From assembly GCA_034421435.1 (NCBI GenBank), contig DAOUKJ010000040.1, positions 21,373-85,372 of the forward strand: a stretch of 64,000 nucleotides of DNA, in the 5' to 3' direction. This document shows, in pieces, positions 8,876 through 23,247 of the stretch. Position numbers and translations under genes: made by a program. Position 1 is the stretch's first letter. Each line of letters starts with the position of its first letter. A model generated the notes under the pieces. The model worked only from the letters and a program-made list of their open reading frames with translations, ran no database searches and was not told the DNA's origin. This DNA comes from Dehalococcoidia bacterium. GTDB taxonomy: Bacteria; Chloroflexota; Dehalococcoidia; Lucifugimonadales; UBA2985.

Positions 8876-11800
8876 TCACGGGGTGATGGGCGTCTCAAGG
8901 CGCAGGGCAGGCGGCAGGACTCGGTAGATGTCAACTGTTGGGTTGGAGTAGGCCAGCTCCAAGTGTGTGCCCACCATTGCGGCAAACTTGTCCAGGCCGC
9001 GGTCGGGGTAGTAGTGGCGCTCAATGTCCCCAACGTATACGTATTCCACGCCGTACTTGTCCATCAGCTCCAGCGCAACGTCCCATGCGGTTGTCGAGTA
9101 GATGCGCTGCACGTCCCTGAGCCGGGCCGCCACGCCTGCGCCGCCTCGCTGCTGCGACTGGTGGTTGTCCCAGCCGATGACCGTGGGAAGGCCCGTGTAG
9201 ATGGCGACGCGTGTATGCAGGCTGCGATACAGCTGCCCGTGCCCCTCCAGCACCACAGGCGAACCGGACACCGCGTCCGACCTGAGCCACTCGATGGCGT
9301 CGCGCTCACCGGCCAGTGAGTCGGTTGCATTGCCTTGGTCGAACGTGTACGACGCGCTCTCCATGTAGGCAAGGCCGTCCAGCGTCAGGGGCAGCACCTC
9401 GAATCTGTCCCTGAGCCGGTCTCGCGTGCCTCCGACGGTATAGATGGAGCTGCCCAGAACCAGCAGCGCGAGCATCCCCAACCACGCAGCGCCCAAGAAT
9501 CGGCGGCGGAACGTCACCTGCTGCAGCCCACCTCGCAGTCGCCCGACGATCTCCGCGCCGAATCGCATGCGCCATAGCAGGTAGGCCGCCGCGGCGGCCA
9601 TCAGCCACCACGCCTGCAGGTAGAACTTGAACACCGTGTTCATGCGGGAGATGTCTCCCTTGATGGTGATCAGCTCCACAGCTATCCCTATTGAGAGCGC
9701 CATCGCCAGCATCAGGAGAGCGAATGCGCCGAACGTCTCTTCGCGCTCGGAGGCCCACTTCCAGGCGAGGACAACCGTGGGAAGCAGGAGCAGTAGCACA
9801 AAGGCGGTCGTTGCGTAGCCGGTCAGCGCCAGCGCTGCCAACACCGCGAGTGGCAGCCCGCCAAGAAGCGCTAGTCGAACCGCCTTGCCTGCGTCGGCGG
9901 CGAGTTCCTCTGCGTAGCCCCTGAGCCCGCGAGCGGGAGCTGCGCCCGTGACCATCTCGAACAGTCGGGGCAGGTAGCTGCGGCGGGAGTAGACCAGGAA
10001 CGTCGCCGCCACGAACACGAACAGGCCGTGAATGCCGAGGTAGGAGTACAGAGGCGTCTGCCAGCGGCTTGGGAACACGCCGTCAGAGAAGGAGAGGTAG
10101 CCTGAGATGAAAGGCGCGAACAGGAATGTTGTTGCCCAGTAGAGGAACGCTGACTGCACCGCGACCCGTGCGATCAGCGGCATCGTGAGCCGCGGCGACC
10201 GCGCGTACTCGCCCAGCAGCACGGCGGCCCCGGCGACGGCCAGCTGCGTGGGGTAGTCCCAAGTGTTGATTGCCCGCAGCGATCCCACCACCAGTGCCAG
10301 CGCCAGCAGGTGCACCGCCCTTGGCAGAATGCCCGCCCCGTCGCGGATGCGAAGCGCAAGCGACAACGACAGGCCCACGGCGAGAAGCGCGTACGGAATC
10401 GCCATCATGTGCGCGTGCAGGTCACCAAAGAGGAATGTGAAGAACGGGAACTCGGTGATTTCGTGCCCCGGCGGGTTGCCGGGCGGAATCAGGCGGCTGC
10501 TGCGCCAGAAGTCGAACTCACCGAATGGCTGCGCATTGAAGAGCGCCCTCGAAGCGCCCTGCGCCAACTGTAGCACGCCGTCGAGGTTGCCCAGCACCGC
10601 GACGAACACCGCGCCGACCAGCCCGGCCGCTACGGCTCCCGCCTGGCCGCCGGCCATGCCGAGCCCGCGTCGCGTGCCGGCCGCTAGCGAGTACACCAGC
10701 GAGAACACCGCCGAGGTGGTGAGAGCGAAGAAGAGGGGAACGGCCAGGTTGAACGCGACCTCGGTTGTGATGCCCGTGGCCCGGACCAGGCTCGCTACTA
10801 TCATCTGGCCGAAGTAGTAGTAGTTGATGTAGCCGCCGGCAAACCACGGGTCGTAGGGCGGGAAGAAGGTGGAGCGGAGCGCTGCGTTCAAATAGGCCAT
10901 CTCCATCGGCTTCTCGCCGCCGTTGTACGGGTGCCACAGGTCCGGGTTGGCCGCCCTCACCAGCAGGAACACGCCGAACGAGACCAGGAACAAGGCTTCG
11001 CCAATCACGACGAGCCGGATGTTCTGTCGAAGCCACGAAACCAGCTCGTCACGGCGGGAGTAGCCTGCGACTGCCGACGCGGCCGCCAGCATCAGCGCCA
11101 CGAAGAACACGGAGCCACGCGAGAACGGCATCCATTGCAGGCTCGCGAGCGCCCATGCGCCGTACGCGACGACGAGTATGCCGAGCGGTTTCGCGAGCAG
11201 GTAGCCGCGGTCGGGCAGGGGACGGAATGCGATGAGGCTCAGCGGCAGCGCGGCCAGCGCCAGGAACTGTACCCACAGGTACCACGCCGCAATCGGGAAG
11301 CGGTTTGGCAGGCTGCCCGGGTCAACGATGTCGGTCCAGGTGCCGCCCGAGCGCTGGGCAGCCAGTGTGGCGTCGGACAGCAGCAGAGTCTTGGTCTGAG
11401 CGGCCGCGGGTTTGGGCGCGAGGATGCGGTTCAGGGTCTCCCTCGCGTCCAGGCGCTCGCGGTTCTCGAACACGAGCACCTTGGGGCGATCGTACACGCT
11501 GAAGCTCTCGTCGGCGTAGCCCATGCCGATTGCGAGTGGCGCGGGCCGGTAGGTGCCGAGCGGCACAGGCGTCGGCAGGCCGGGCCGCGAGAACGTGTCG
11601 TCCACGAACGCCACGCCGAAGAGCGTAGGGTATTCGGTCTCCCAGTGGGCCAGCTCGTATCCGAGTTCCCCGCCAAACAGCCTGCGATAGTAGTCGCCGG
11701 TCAGGGGGTACTTCTCCGGGAGTCGCGTGGTACTCCCGTACAGCCGATTGCTGAAGAAGACAAGGTAGTCTGCGCCCGCCAGCTGCTCAGCCACGCGCTC

Positions 11801-13351
11801 GATCTTGTCCTGGCCGTCGGCATAGCGGACGCTGTCGGAGTCGTACATGGCCATGCACGAGCGGTTGTCGTCGGGAACGCCGCGGCAGCCGATGACATAG
11901 TCCTGCATGCCCGGCAGGGACTCCTCCCAGTGCTCCATGAGTAGCACGGAGCCCGGTTGCACGTTCTCCTTGACCCACTCCGCGGCGCGGTTGGCGGTGT
12001 GCGTGCCGGTGTAGGTGGCCGCGTAGGACAGGGCGTAGAAGCCGGTCGCGCCCACAACCAGTCCGATGGCCCACCTCACGGCCATATCGCGCTCACGGCT
12101 GTGCGTGGCGGCCCAGTCCCGCGCCCACAGCATCATTTGGGACGCCATGATGATCAGGAACGGCGTAAGCGGCAGCATGTACCGCAGGAACTTGACCTGC
12201 ACGAAGCCGGTCAGCATGAAGTACGGCACCACCCACGCGAGCAGCAGCAGGTCGGCCTTGCTGCGCCGAACGATGGCCATCCCAATCGTGAACAGGATCG
12301 AGGCCCATGCTGCGATGCCAAGCGGCAGGCCAAGACCGAACAGCGCAAGCTGCCGCACGTGGTACCAGTAGGGAGTCGTGTCGATGTACTGCTGCGTGTA
12401 GGGGCGGCCGGAGACTCCGCGTGCCATTGCATACTCGCCGCCCACGTCGCAGGCGTAGTAGTTGCGGTCGAGGAACGACAGTGCGGAGTACGGCACCGGA
12501 CACGGGTCGGGCCGCGACCAGTCCAGGAAGGCGTAGGGTGTCGCCAGGAAGAACACGAGCATTGCCACCACGCCCGCCATCAGCAGGTGATGCGTGGCTC
12601 TCGCGAGTGCGGGCCGGGTCGGCTTGGCGAGTGCGATGTCGTCGCGCGAACTCGAGAAAACGTGGAACGCGTGGGCGAGCAGGAGGGCCAGCAGCAGCGG
12701 CGCCACGCTTATCTTCGACGCCAGCGCCAGCCCGATAAAGAGGCCCGCCAGCAGGGAGTCTCGCAGCCTGCCTTCTTGTGCCCTCCGCGCCATGAAGTAC
12801 ATGGAGGTGACGATGAAGAAGGTCAGGAAGGTGTCGGAGGTGTAGAAGTGGCTCATCTGGACGTGGATGACAGCCATTGCCGCCAACAGCGCGGCCAGCA
12901 GGCCGGCGCGCCGGCCGTAGAGGCGGCAGCCGAGCAGGAACACCATGAGCACGGTGCCCACGTCCGACAGGGTGGAGAGACCCCTGCCCAGGAAGCGGAG
13001 GTCCCGGAAGTCCAGCGACACGAATGGGGACAGCAGCGACTCCGCGGCCATGCCGGCGTATATGGGGAGGCTTCCGTAGGGGAACCAGCGCGGGTTTAGC
13101 GGGCTCTCCTCAGGGTCCAGCAGTACGCCAAGGTTGGAGAGTGCGGGCCAGCTCAGGTCGTTGACGCGGAAGAGGATGGCTCGCTCGTCGGGATGGAACA
13201 GGCCGCCCTGGTCCCAGTCGATGCCGTAGAGCCGCAGAGCGAGCGCAAGCAGCAGTATCAGTGCGGGTGCGATGAGGGCAGCGCGACCGGCGCGCGAGGA
13301 ATTCGCGCGCGAGTCCTGGGACGAAGGCTGCTCTGTTTCGGGCTGCTCCAC
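8876..13351 (-). CDS. Giant polytopic membrane protein: GT-C (PMT_2/ArnT-like) glycosyltransferase N-terminus fused to a Chlor_Arch_YYY / DUF2298 domain
   Basis: 1491 aa with dozens of TM segments. The N-terminus has RLYGIDWDQGGLFHPDERAI (acidic first-loop motif of GT-C enzymes). The invariant YYY motif is seen as GGYINYYYFGQMIV. Confidence 0.85.
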   Translation of the reverse strand: MEQPETEQPSSQDSRANSSRAGRAALIAPALILLLALALRLYGIDWDQGGLFHPDERAILFRVNDLSWPALSNLGVLLDPEESPLNPRWFPYGSLPIYAGMAAESLLSPFVSLDFRDLRFLGRGLSTLSDVGTVLMVFLLGCRLYGRRAGLLAALLAAMAVIHVQMSHFYTSDTFLTFFIVTSMYFMARRAQEGRLRDSLLAGLFIGLALASKISVAPLLLALLLAHAFHVFSSSRDDIALAKPTRPALARATHHLLMAGVVAMLVFFLATPYAFLDWSRPDPCPVPYSALSFLDRNYYACDVGGEYAMARGVSGRPYTQQYIDTTPYWYHVRQLALFGLGLPLGIAAWASILFTIGMAIVRRSKADLLLLAWVVPYFMLTGFVQVKFLRYMLPLTPFLIIMASQMMLWARDWAATHSRERDMAVRWAIGLVVGATGFYALSYAATYTGTHTANRAAEWVKENVQPGSVLLMEHWEESLPGMQDYVIGCRGVPDDNRSCMAMYDSDSVRYADGQDKIERVAEQLAGADYLVFFSNRLYGSTTRLPEKYPLTGDYYRRLFGGELGYELAHWETEYPTLFGVAFVDDTFSRPGLPTPVPLGTYRPAPLAIGMGYADESFSVYDRPKVLVFENRERLDARETLNRILAPKPAAAQTKTLLLSDATLAAQRSGGTWTDIVDPGSLPNRFPIAAWYLWVQFLALAALPLSLIAFRPLPDRGYLLAKPLGILVVAYGAWALASLQWMPFSRGSVFFVALMLAAASAVAGYSRRDELVSWLRQNIRLVVIGEALFLVSFGVFLLVRAANPDLWHPYNGGEKPMEMAYLNAALRSTFFPPYDPWFAGGYINYYYFGQMIVASLVRATGITTEVAFNLAVPLFFALTTSAVFSLVYSLAAGTRRGLGMAGGQAGAVAAGLVGAVFVAVLGNLDGVLQLAQGASRALFNAQPFGEFDFWRSSRLIPPGNPPGHEITEFPFFTFLFGDLHAHMMAIPYALLAVGLSLSLALRIRDGAGILPRAVHLLALALVVGSLRAINTWDYPTQLAVAGAAVLLGEYARSPRLTMPLIARVAVQSAFLYWATTFLFAPFISGYLSFSDGVFPSRWQTPLYSYLGIHGLFVFVAATFLVYSRRSYLPRLFEMVTGAAPARGLRGYAEELAADAGKAVRLALLGGLPLAVLAALALTGYATTAFVLLLLLPTVVLAWKWASEREETFGAFALLMLAMALSIGIAVELITIKGDISRMNTVFKFYLQAWWLMAAAAAYLLWRMRFGAEIVGRLRGGLQQVTFRRRFLGAAWLGMLALLVLGSSIYTVGGTRDRLRDRFEVLPLTLDGLAYMESASYTFDQGNATDSLAGERDAIEWLRSDAVSGSPVVLEGHGQLYRSLHTRVAIYTGLPTVIGWDNHQSQQRGGAGVAARLRDVQRIYSTTAWDVALELMDKYGVEYVYVGDIERHYYPDRGLDKFAAMVGTHLELAYSNPTVDIYRVLPPALRLETPITP

Positions 13352-13509
13352 GATAGGCTATTCTATCAAGGCAAGGGGAGAGGGGCAAAGCGGGGCATTC
13401 GGATGTGTTACAATTGGGTTGGAGGACAAGGCTATGAGCAACGACAGCAATGGGAAGCCGCCGCCACTGCCGCCGGATTACTTCAAGAAGGGTCTGGGTA
13501 CCAAGCCTC

Positions 13510-14001
13510 CTAAGTGAACCACACTTCGGCCAATGGCATCGCTATTGCTATGCCAACAAGTACGACCTCAAGGCCGGTGCCGATCAGTGCCATCAAGATC
13601 GTATTTGACTTGCCATTGAGTATCCTGTTGTTGTAGGCGTAAGCCTCGCTGGTGTCCTGCGCCAGAACTGCCCGGATTTCCTCAACGTCATAGTTCCCAT
13701 ACGCAGGCCACAGTGAGTCCGCGTGGAGATTCCAGCGAATATACTTGGGCCACAGATGGACTATGGCCACTGCCGCCACAGAAATGTAAGCGATCAGTGC
13801 CAGAACCAGGGGCATAGCGTCAAGTGTTCCAGACCCGGAGGCTCTGCCGAAACCTGTCAAGCCAATGACTATACTGGCAGCAGCAAAAATCTGAATCATC
13901 TTGGAGTCGAGCGTGTCAATCGCTTGTATCTGCTTCTCAGGCGCGTCCCTAATGTGTTCCAGAATGAACTCCAGTGATTCCTGATTCCAATCAGCGTTCA
14001 T
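13510..14001 (-). CDS. Hypothetical 3-TM membrane protein (effector-like topology)
   Basis: The ATG at 14001 gives MNADWNQESLEFILEHIRD...IDTLDSKMIQIFAAASIVIGL. Layout is an N-terminal helix ending in D-x-K, 2 TM segments, a roughly 60-aa loop and 1 TM segment. The gene is visibly lower in G+C than both flanks. Confidence 0.6.
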   Translation of the reverse strand: MNADWNQESLEFILEHIRDAPEKQIQAIDTLDSKMIQIFAAASIVIGLTGFGRASGSGTLDAMPLVLALIAYISVAAVAIVHLWPKYIRWNLHADSLWPAYGNYDVEEIRAVLAQDTSEAYAYNNRILNGKSNTILMALIGTGLEVVLVGIAIAMPLAEVWFT

Positions 14002-14114
14002 CGTATTCTCCCGATGAGGGCTTCTTCGGTTGGTCTTGATCCAAGACCGGCGTGTCAACAAAGTGGCTCCCACCGTGCGGCAGGAGCCACTTCGATCCCT
14101 TATGGCTCTGGTCG

Positions 14115-16973
<2,859 letters not shown>

Positions 16974-17105
16974 TTCGTAGGATTATACCATCTGGCAAGG
17001 CAGAGGCAAAGGAAAGGAGCGCTCAGGCTATGGTGGGCCAGTGCGGGCTACGATGGCAAACGACTTTGGGAAGGTCAGACGGCCTGCGAGCCGTGCGCTG
17101 CAGCG

Positions 17106-17774
17106 TCAGGCGCAATCAACGAGGTGGATCGCCCACGGCACGGTCTCGCCGATAGTGCAGGTCGCCGTAAGCGTGTCGTCCCGGCCTGCGGCCTGCTGCA
17201 CCTCGACGGGCAAACCGCGAAGTGCAACGTAGCTGGAGAACAACACGCCCGCGCCCGGTATCGGCTCGAATATCTCGCTCTCGTCCGCGTACAATCGCAC
17301 CTCGCCGTTTGCGACCTCCGCGACTCTGCCTGTTATGGTGATCTCGCGGCCAAGCTGGGTGGCCTGAAACTCGTCGTCGTCGTTCCACCTGATTGTCCAT
17401 AGCTCCTGAGCCGTTGCCGTAAGTGGAGTGAGAGGCGCAGGAGTCTGGGTGGCAGTAGGAACCGGCGTCGCAGTGGGGATAATCGTCGGAGCGGGAGTAT
17501 GGGTTGCCGCCGCCGCAGGAACGGGTGTGGCGGTTGGTGGTGGGGTCGCCGTCTCAGTTGCCGTGGGCGGCTCAGGGGTGGGAACCGGAGTGTTGGTCGT
17601 CGCCGGTTCCGGCGTGGCAGTTGGAACAGGTGTTGACGTTGGGGCGGTAGTCATGGCGGGCTCCGGAGTTGCAGAGGGCATGGGCGTAGGGCTGGGCGCC
17701 AGTGTTGGCGTCGGGTTGGAGCATGCCACGGCCAGGAGAACGCAAAGAAGGACGGGGAGGGTGAGTTTGATCAT
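17106..17774 (-). CDS. Lipoprotein with about 100-aa Pro/Thr-rich linker and C-terminal OB-fold (tRNA_anti-like) domain
   Basis: Signal peptide plus lipobox MIKLTLPVLLCVLLAVAC|S. This is followed by PT-rich low complexity (PTPTLAPSPTPMPSATPEP...). The C-terminus reads LGREITITGRVAEVANGEVRLY...TLTATCTIGE...IHLVDC. Confidence 0.75.
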   Translation of the reverse strand: MIKLTLPVLLCVLLAVACSNPTPTLAPSPTPMPSATPEPAMTTAPTSTPVPTATPEPATTNTPVPTPEPPTATETATPPPTATPVPAAAATHTPAPTIIPTATPVPTATQTPAPLTPLTATAQELWTIRWNDDDEFQATQLGREITITGRVAEVANGEVRLYADESEIFEPIPGAGVLFSSYVALRGLPVEVQQAAGRDDTLTATCTIGETVPWAIHLVDCA

Positions 17775-17879
17775 GACATGGGCTTCCCTGGCCCGAGCAG
17801 TTACCGGTGTCCTTCAGCCACTCTTGCCATTGAGTGGCCCTCGCCGGCAGCCGGGCGCGAAGTGATCAACGGCGAATCC

Positions 17880-18248
17880 CTACGGCATGCAGTGACCGCA
17901 CGGATTCACGGCGCCGATGTTCTGCGGGCTGTCTTCCGCCAGCTCAAGGCGCAAGTATGGGCCGTGCCACCAGCCGTTGTCGGTCTGGCGAGCGGTGCGC
18001 GGCCGCTGGTACCAGGGGCAGGTATCCTCGTGGATGCGTGAGTACCGGTTGCGGCTGTTGGTGTAGACCCAGTAGGCGGTTGCAGTCTTGACCGCCACCT
18101 GCTGCCCGGCTTGCCGCTGCGCTCCTGACGACGCGGGCACGTCCACGGCGCGATGCGGCTGTGCGGCCGCGGGCGGCCGCGGCGGCGGAGGCCTGTAGGG
18201 CGCGGGCGCCAGCCGTTCGGCCAGCAGCCTCTGCAGTAGTATCAGCAT
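17880..18248 (-). CDS. Hypothetical protein with Pro-rich N-terminus and C-terminal His/Cys (putative Zn) module
   Basis: 122 aa. The C-terminus YWVYTNSRNRYSRIHEDTCPWY...NGWWHGPY...VNPCGHC gives an H-x3-C ... C-x2-C spacing reminiscent of small Ada-like metal-binding domains. Confidence 0.5.
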   Translation of the reverse strand: MLILLQRLLAERLAPAPYRPPPPRPPAAAQPHRAVDVPASSGAQRQAGQQVAVKTATAYWVYTNSRNRYSRIHEDTCPWYQRPRTARQTDNGWWHGPYLRLELAEDSPQNIGAVNPCGHCMP

Positions 18249-18258
18249 GAGATGCCTC

Positions 18259-18672
18259 CTATCGCGGCGGCGCAGGATCTGGCTCAGCAGGATCTGGCAC
18301 TACCCTAAGCCCTACAAGGAGTACGGCAGGCAGTTCCTTTAGGGTCTCATTCACCGGGTCAACTTCCATCCCGGTTGACTCAAGCGCCGTTACTCCCAAT
18401 AGCGGCAAGCTGTCTGGCCCGCCCATGATCACGTCAGATGCCGTGTCCTTGCCCATGAATTCCAGCCGAGCCTCCGTCACGTCGAACGTGATGCTGCGCC
18501 CGTCGCCCATCCTGTAGGTCCGCTGCCTTATGGGCGACAGGCCGATGGCCTCCAGGTACTCCCGAGGAACCACGCTGCTGGTCGCTCCCGTGTCCACCAG
18601 GAACAGGCCGGTCCACGACCTGTCCGGCTCGGTGATGTTGCGTACGGTGACGCTTACGCGTGTCATGCCCAT
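18259..18672 (-). CDS. Retropepsin-like (clan AA) aspartyl protease
   Basis: 137 aa with the catalytic motif FLVDTGATSSVV and a later flap-like ILGGxxL-type segment (VIMGGPDSLPLLGVTAL). Confidence 0.75.
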   Translation of the reverse strand: MGMTRVSVTVRNITEPDRSWTGLFLVDTGATSSVVPREYLEAIGLSPIRQRTYRMGDGRSITFDVTEARLEFMGKDTASDVIMGGPDSLPLLGVTALESTGMEVDPVNETLKELPAVLLVGLRVVPDPAEPDPAPPR

Positions 18673-18688
18673 CGTTCGGCTGCGCCTC

Positions 18689-21364
<2,676 letters not shown>

Positions 21365-21495
21365 GTGCGTACCTTCCTTCTAGTGGGGGTAGAAAGTTTG
21401 GACGCTCTTGATTATGCCACAGAGCAGGCAGTGAATGCCAGTGCAGAAGAGGCAACCGTGCGTGGCTCTAATTCCATCTGGACTCCTACGGCATA

Positions 21496-21524
21496 TTGAC
21501 ATGCCGGACAATCGTAGATATAAG
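21496..21524 (+). promoter_or_regulatory. Sigma70-like promoter candidate (TTGACA-17-TATAAG)
   Basis: TTGACA at 21496-21501 and TATAAG at 21519-21524, 17-nt spacer. It lies in the low-G+C spacer upstream of the HNH gene. Confidence 0.4.
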
Positions 21525-21747
21525 GGAAATTGGAATGCCCCCTGGCGTCCAATCTACTTCACAGGCTCCCTGTTATGCCATAAGGCCTGCCAACAGGGCA
21601 ATTGGCCACTAGGCAAGGAGAGGCTCTGGGAGGGAGTGCATGTCAGGTGAAAAAGCGGGGCCAAGGATGTGAACTGCCTTGGCCCCTGATTATTGGGAGT
21701 TTCATACCTTTTCGCTCAAGGCCAGAAATTACAGGAGGCGAACTACG

Positions 21748-22434
21748 GTGAAGGCGAAAATACCTGCCCGATTTGCAGACCAACCGGAACTGACGGAAGC
21801 CATCATAGGCGCACGTCGCCTGCAAATGGAGACAGGGGATGACACCGCCGCTATAGAGTGGCTACTGGAAAACTATCCAATGACAATACAATCGGCAACA
21901 CGCGCTATCAACGATGAGACTTTTCGATACCCAGCTCTCTATCCAGAGGGACATCCTGGACTGGAATCCCTACGAGCAGAAGGCCGGGTGAAGAGCAGAC
22001 GGCAATCGGAACTACGCAAAATTCGGCCGTTAGTGATAGAACGCGACGATGGTCGCTGCCAGAACTGTGAGAAGCGGGTTTGGGGAAGAGACGCGACCCT
22101 GGACCACAAAGACCCAGAAGGGCCAGCCACACTGGAGAACGTTTACCTGCTTTGCCGAGCCTGCAATACGCTCAAGGGAAGGCGCACTTGGGAGGAGTTT
22201 CAGCAAGCGCAGGCCCAATGGCGGGCAGCTGTAGAAGAACGGCAAAACGCCCGACCTGATATCATCTGTCGGCAAACCGGCCTCTCCATCAAGGGTCGCA
22301 GTTGGAAGGAATCCGGTTGTTTGACGCCAGATCTCTGCCCGTATACAGGGGAATGCGACAACGGGGAATATGCGAAATGGGAGGCGGAAATGGACGCCAC
22401 AATTGAAGCAATGTACGCTGCTTACGAGAACTAG
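21748..22434 (+). CDS. HNH endonuclease
   Basis: GTG at 21748 is 9 nt after AGGAGG (the track ORF is open from 21679). HNH core: CQNCEKRVWGRDATLDHKDPEGPATLENVYLLCRACNTLKG. There is an extra C-terminal Cys cluster. The gene is lower in G+C than its flanks. Confidence 0.8.
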   Translation: MKAKIPARFADQPELTEAIIGARRLQMETGDDTAAIEWLLENYPMTIQSATRAINDETFRYPALYPEGHPGLESLRAEGRVKSRRQSELRKIRPLVIERDDGRCQNCEKRVWGRDATLDHKDPEGPATLENVYLLCRACNTLKGRRTWEEFQQAQAQWRAAVEERQNARPDIICRQTGLSIKGRSWKESGCLTPDLCPYTGECDNGEYAKWEAEMDATIEAMYAAYEN

Positions 22435-22602
22435 TGGCATGGGGCAAAAGGGTACACAATTCCCTTTCGATGCCGAAGAGTGACATCTTCTGTGACTGCA
22501 CTCTTTTGAATTGATGGCAAGAGGGCGCCGATTCTGATAGACTTGCTCGCGCTGAATCGCCCTTGAGGGCCTCGGCAAAACCCGTAACAGCGAGGAAAGA
22601 CC

Positions 22603-23127
22603 TTGGCCAACAAGTACAGCGCACCACCTCCCATGACCATCGACCCAGCCGGCAAGATCTCCGCGACCATGCACACAAGCGGCGGGGCAATCGTATTCGA
22701 CCTGTTCCCGGCGGAAGCGCCGAAGACGGTCAACAGCTTTGTATTTCTGGCCCGCGAGAGCTACTACGACGGCGTCATCTTCCACCGCATCATCTCCGGG
22801 TTCATGATTCAGAGCGGCGATCCTACGGGCACAGGCCGCGGCGGGCCCGGCTACACCTTTGAGGACGAGCCGGTCACTCGTGACTACGATGCGGGCATCC
22901 TGGCGATGGCGAATGCCGGCCCCAACACCAACGGCAGCCAGTTCTTCGTGGTGCACAAGCGCGCCAACCTGCCCAAGAACTACACGATCTTCGGGCAGGT
23001 CAGGGAGGGCATGGACGTTGTGGACGGCCTGGCCAACCTGCCGGTTACAGTTGGCGCGTCCGGCGAGCGCTCCAGTCCGGTCAATCCGCCCACCATCGAG
23101 CGCATCGAGATTGCCGAGGAGGCTTAG
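22603..23127 (+). CDS. ppiB: Peptidyl-prolyl cis-trans isomerase (cyclophilin type)
   Basis: FHRIISGFMIQSGDPTGTGRGGPGYTFEDE and NGSQFFV. The TTG start at 22603 is uncertain; an alternative ATG lies at 22633. Confidence 0.93.
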   Translation: MANKYSAPPPMTIDPAGKISATMHTSGGAIVFDLFPAEAPKTVNSFVFLARESYYDGVIFHRIISGFMIQSGDPTGTGRGGPGYTFEDEPVTRDYDAGILAMANAGPNTNGSQFFVVHKRANLPKNYTIFGQVREGMDVVDGLANLPVTVGASGERSSPVNPPTIERIEIAEEA

Positions 23128-23247
23128 GCGGATGGCGGTGCGCCCGCCGGCGAGGCGGGGCGACGCAGACCCGCGTCTCGCATGTACGGTGCTGAGACGG
23201 TGCTCCGACCCTGTTGATGCGCGTCCCGCGTTTCGCTGACCAGGGCA

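Noticed and set aside
13272-13517. 81-aa track ORF upstream of the 3-TM gene
   Set aside because: The long version has no RBS and overlaps the YYY gene start region. Only the 27-codon ATG-initiated part (13434-13517) has a plausible RBS, and it is mentioned as a low-confidence small ORF in the findings.
21525-22434. HNH gene with an upstream structured RNA considered as a HEARO/IscB (OMEGA) system
   Set aside because: The protein is only about 228 aa and shows an HNH motif but no RuvC-like segments or bridge helix. The leader is much shorter than omega RNAs. It is kept only as a generic 'HNH plus structured leader' observation.
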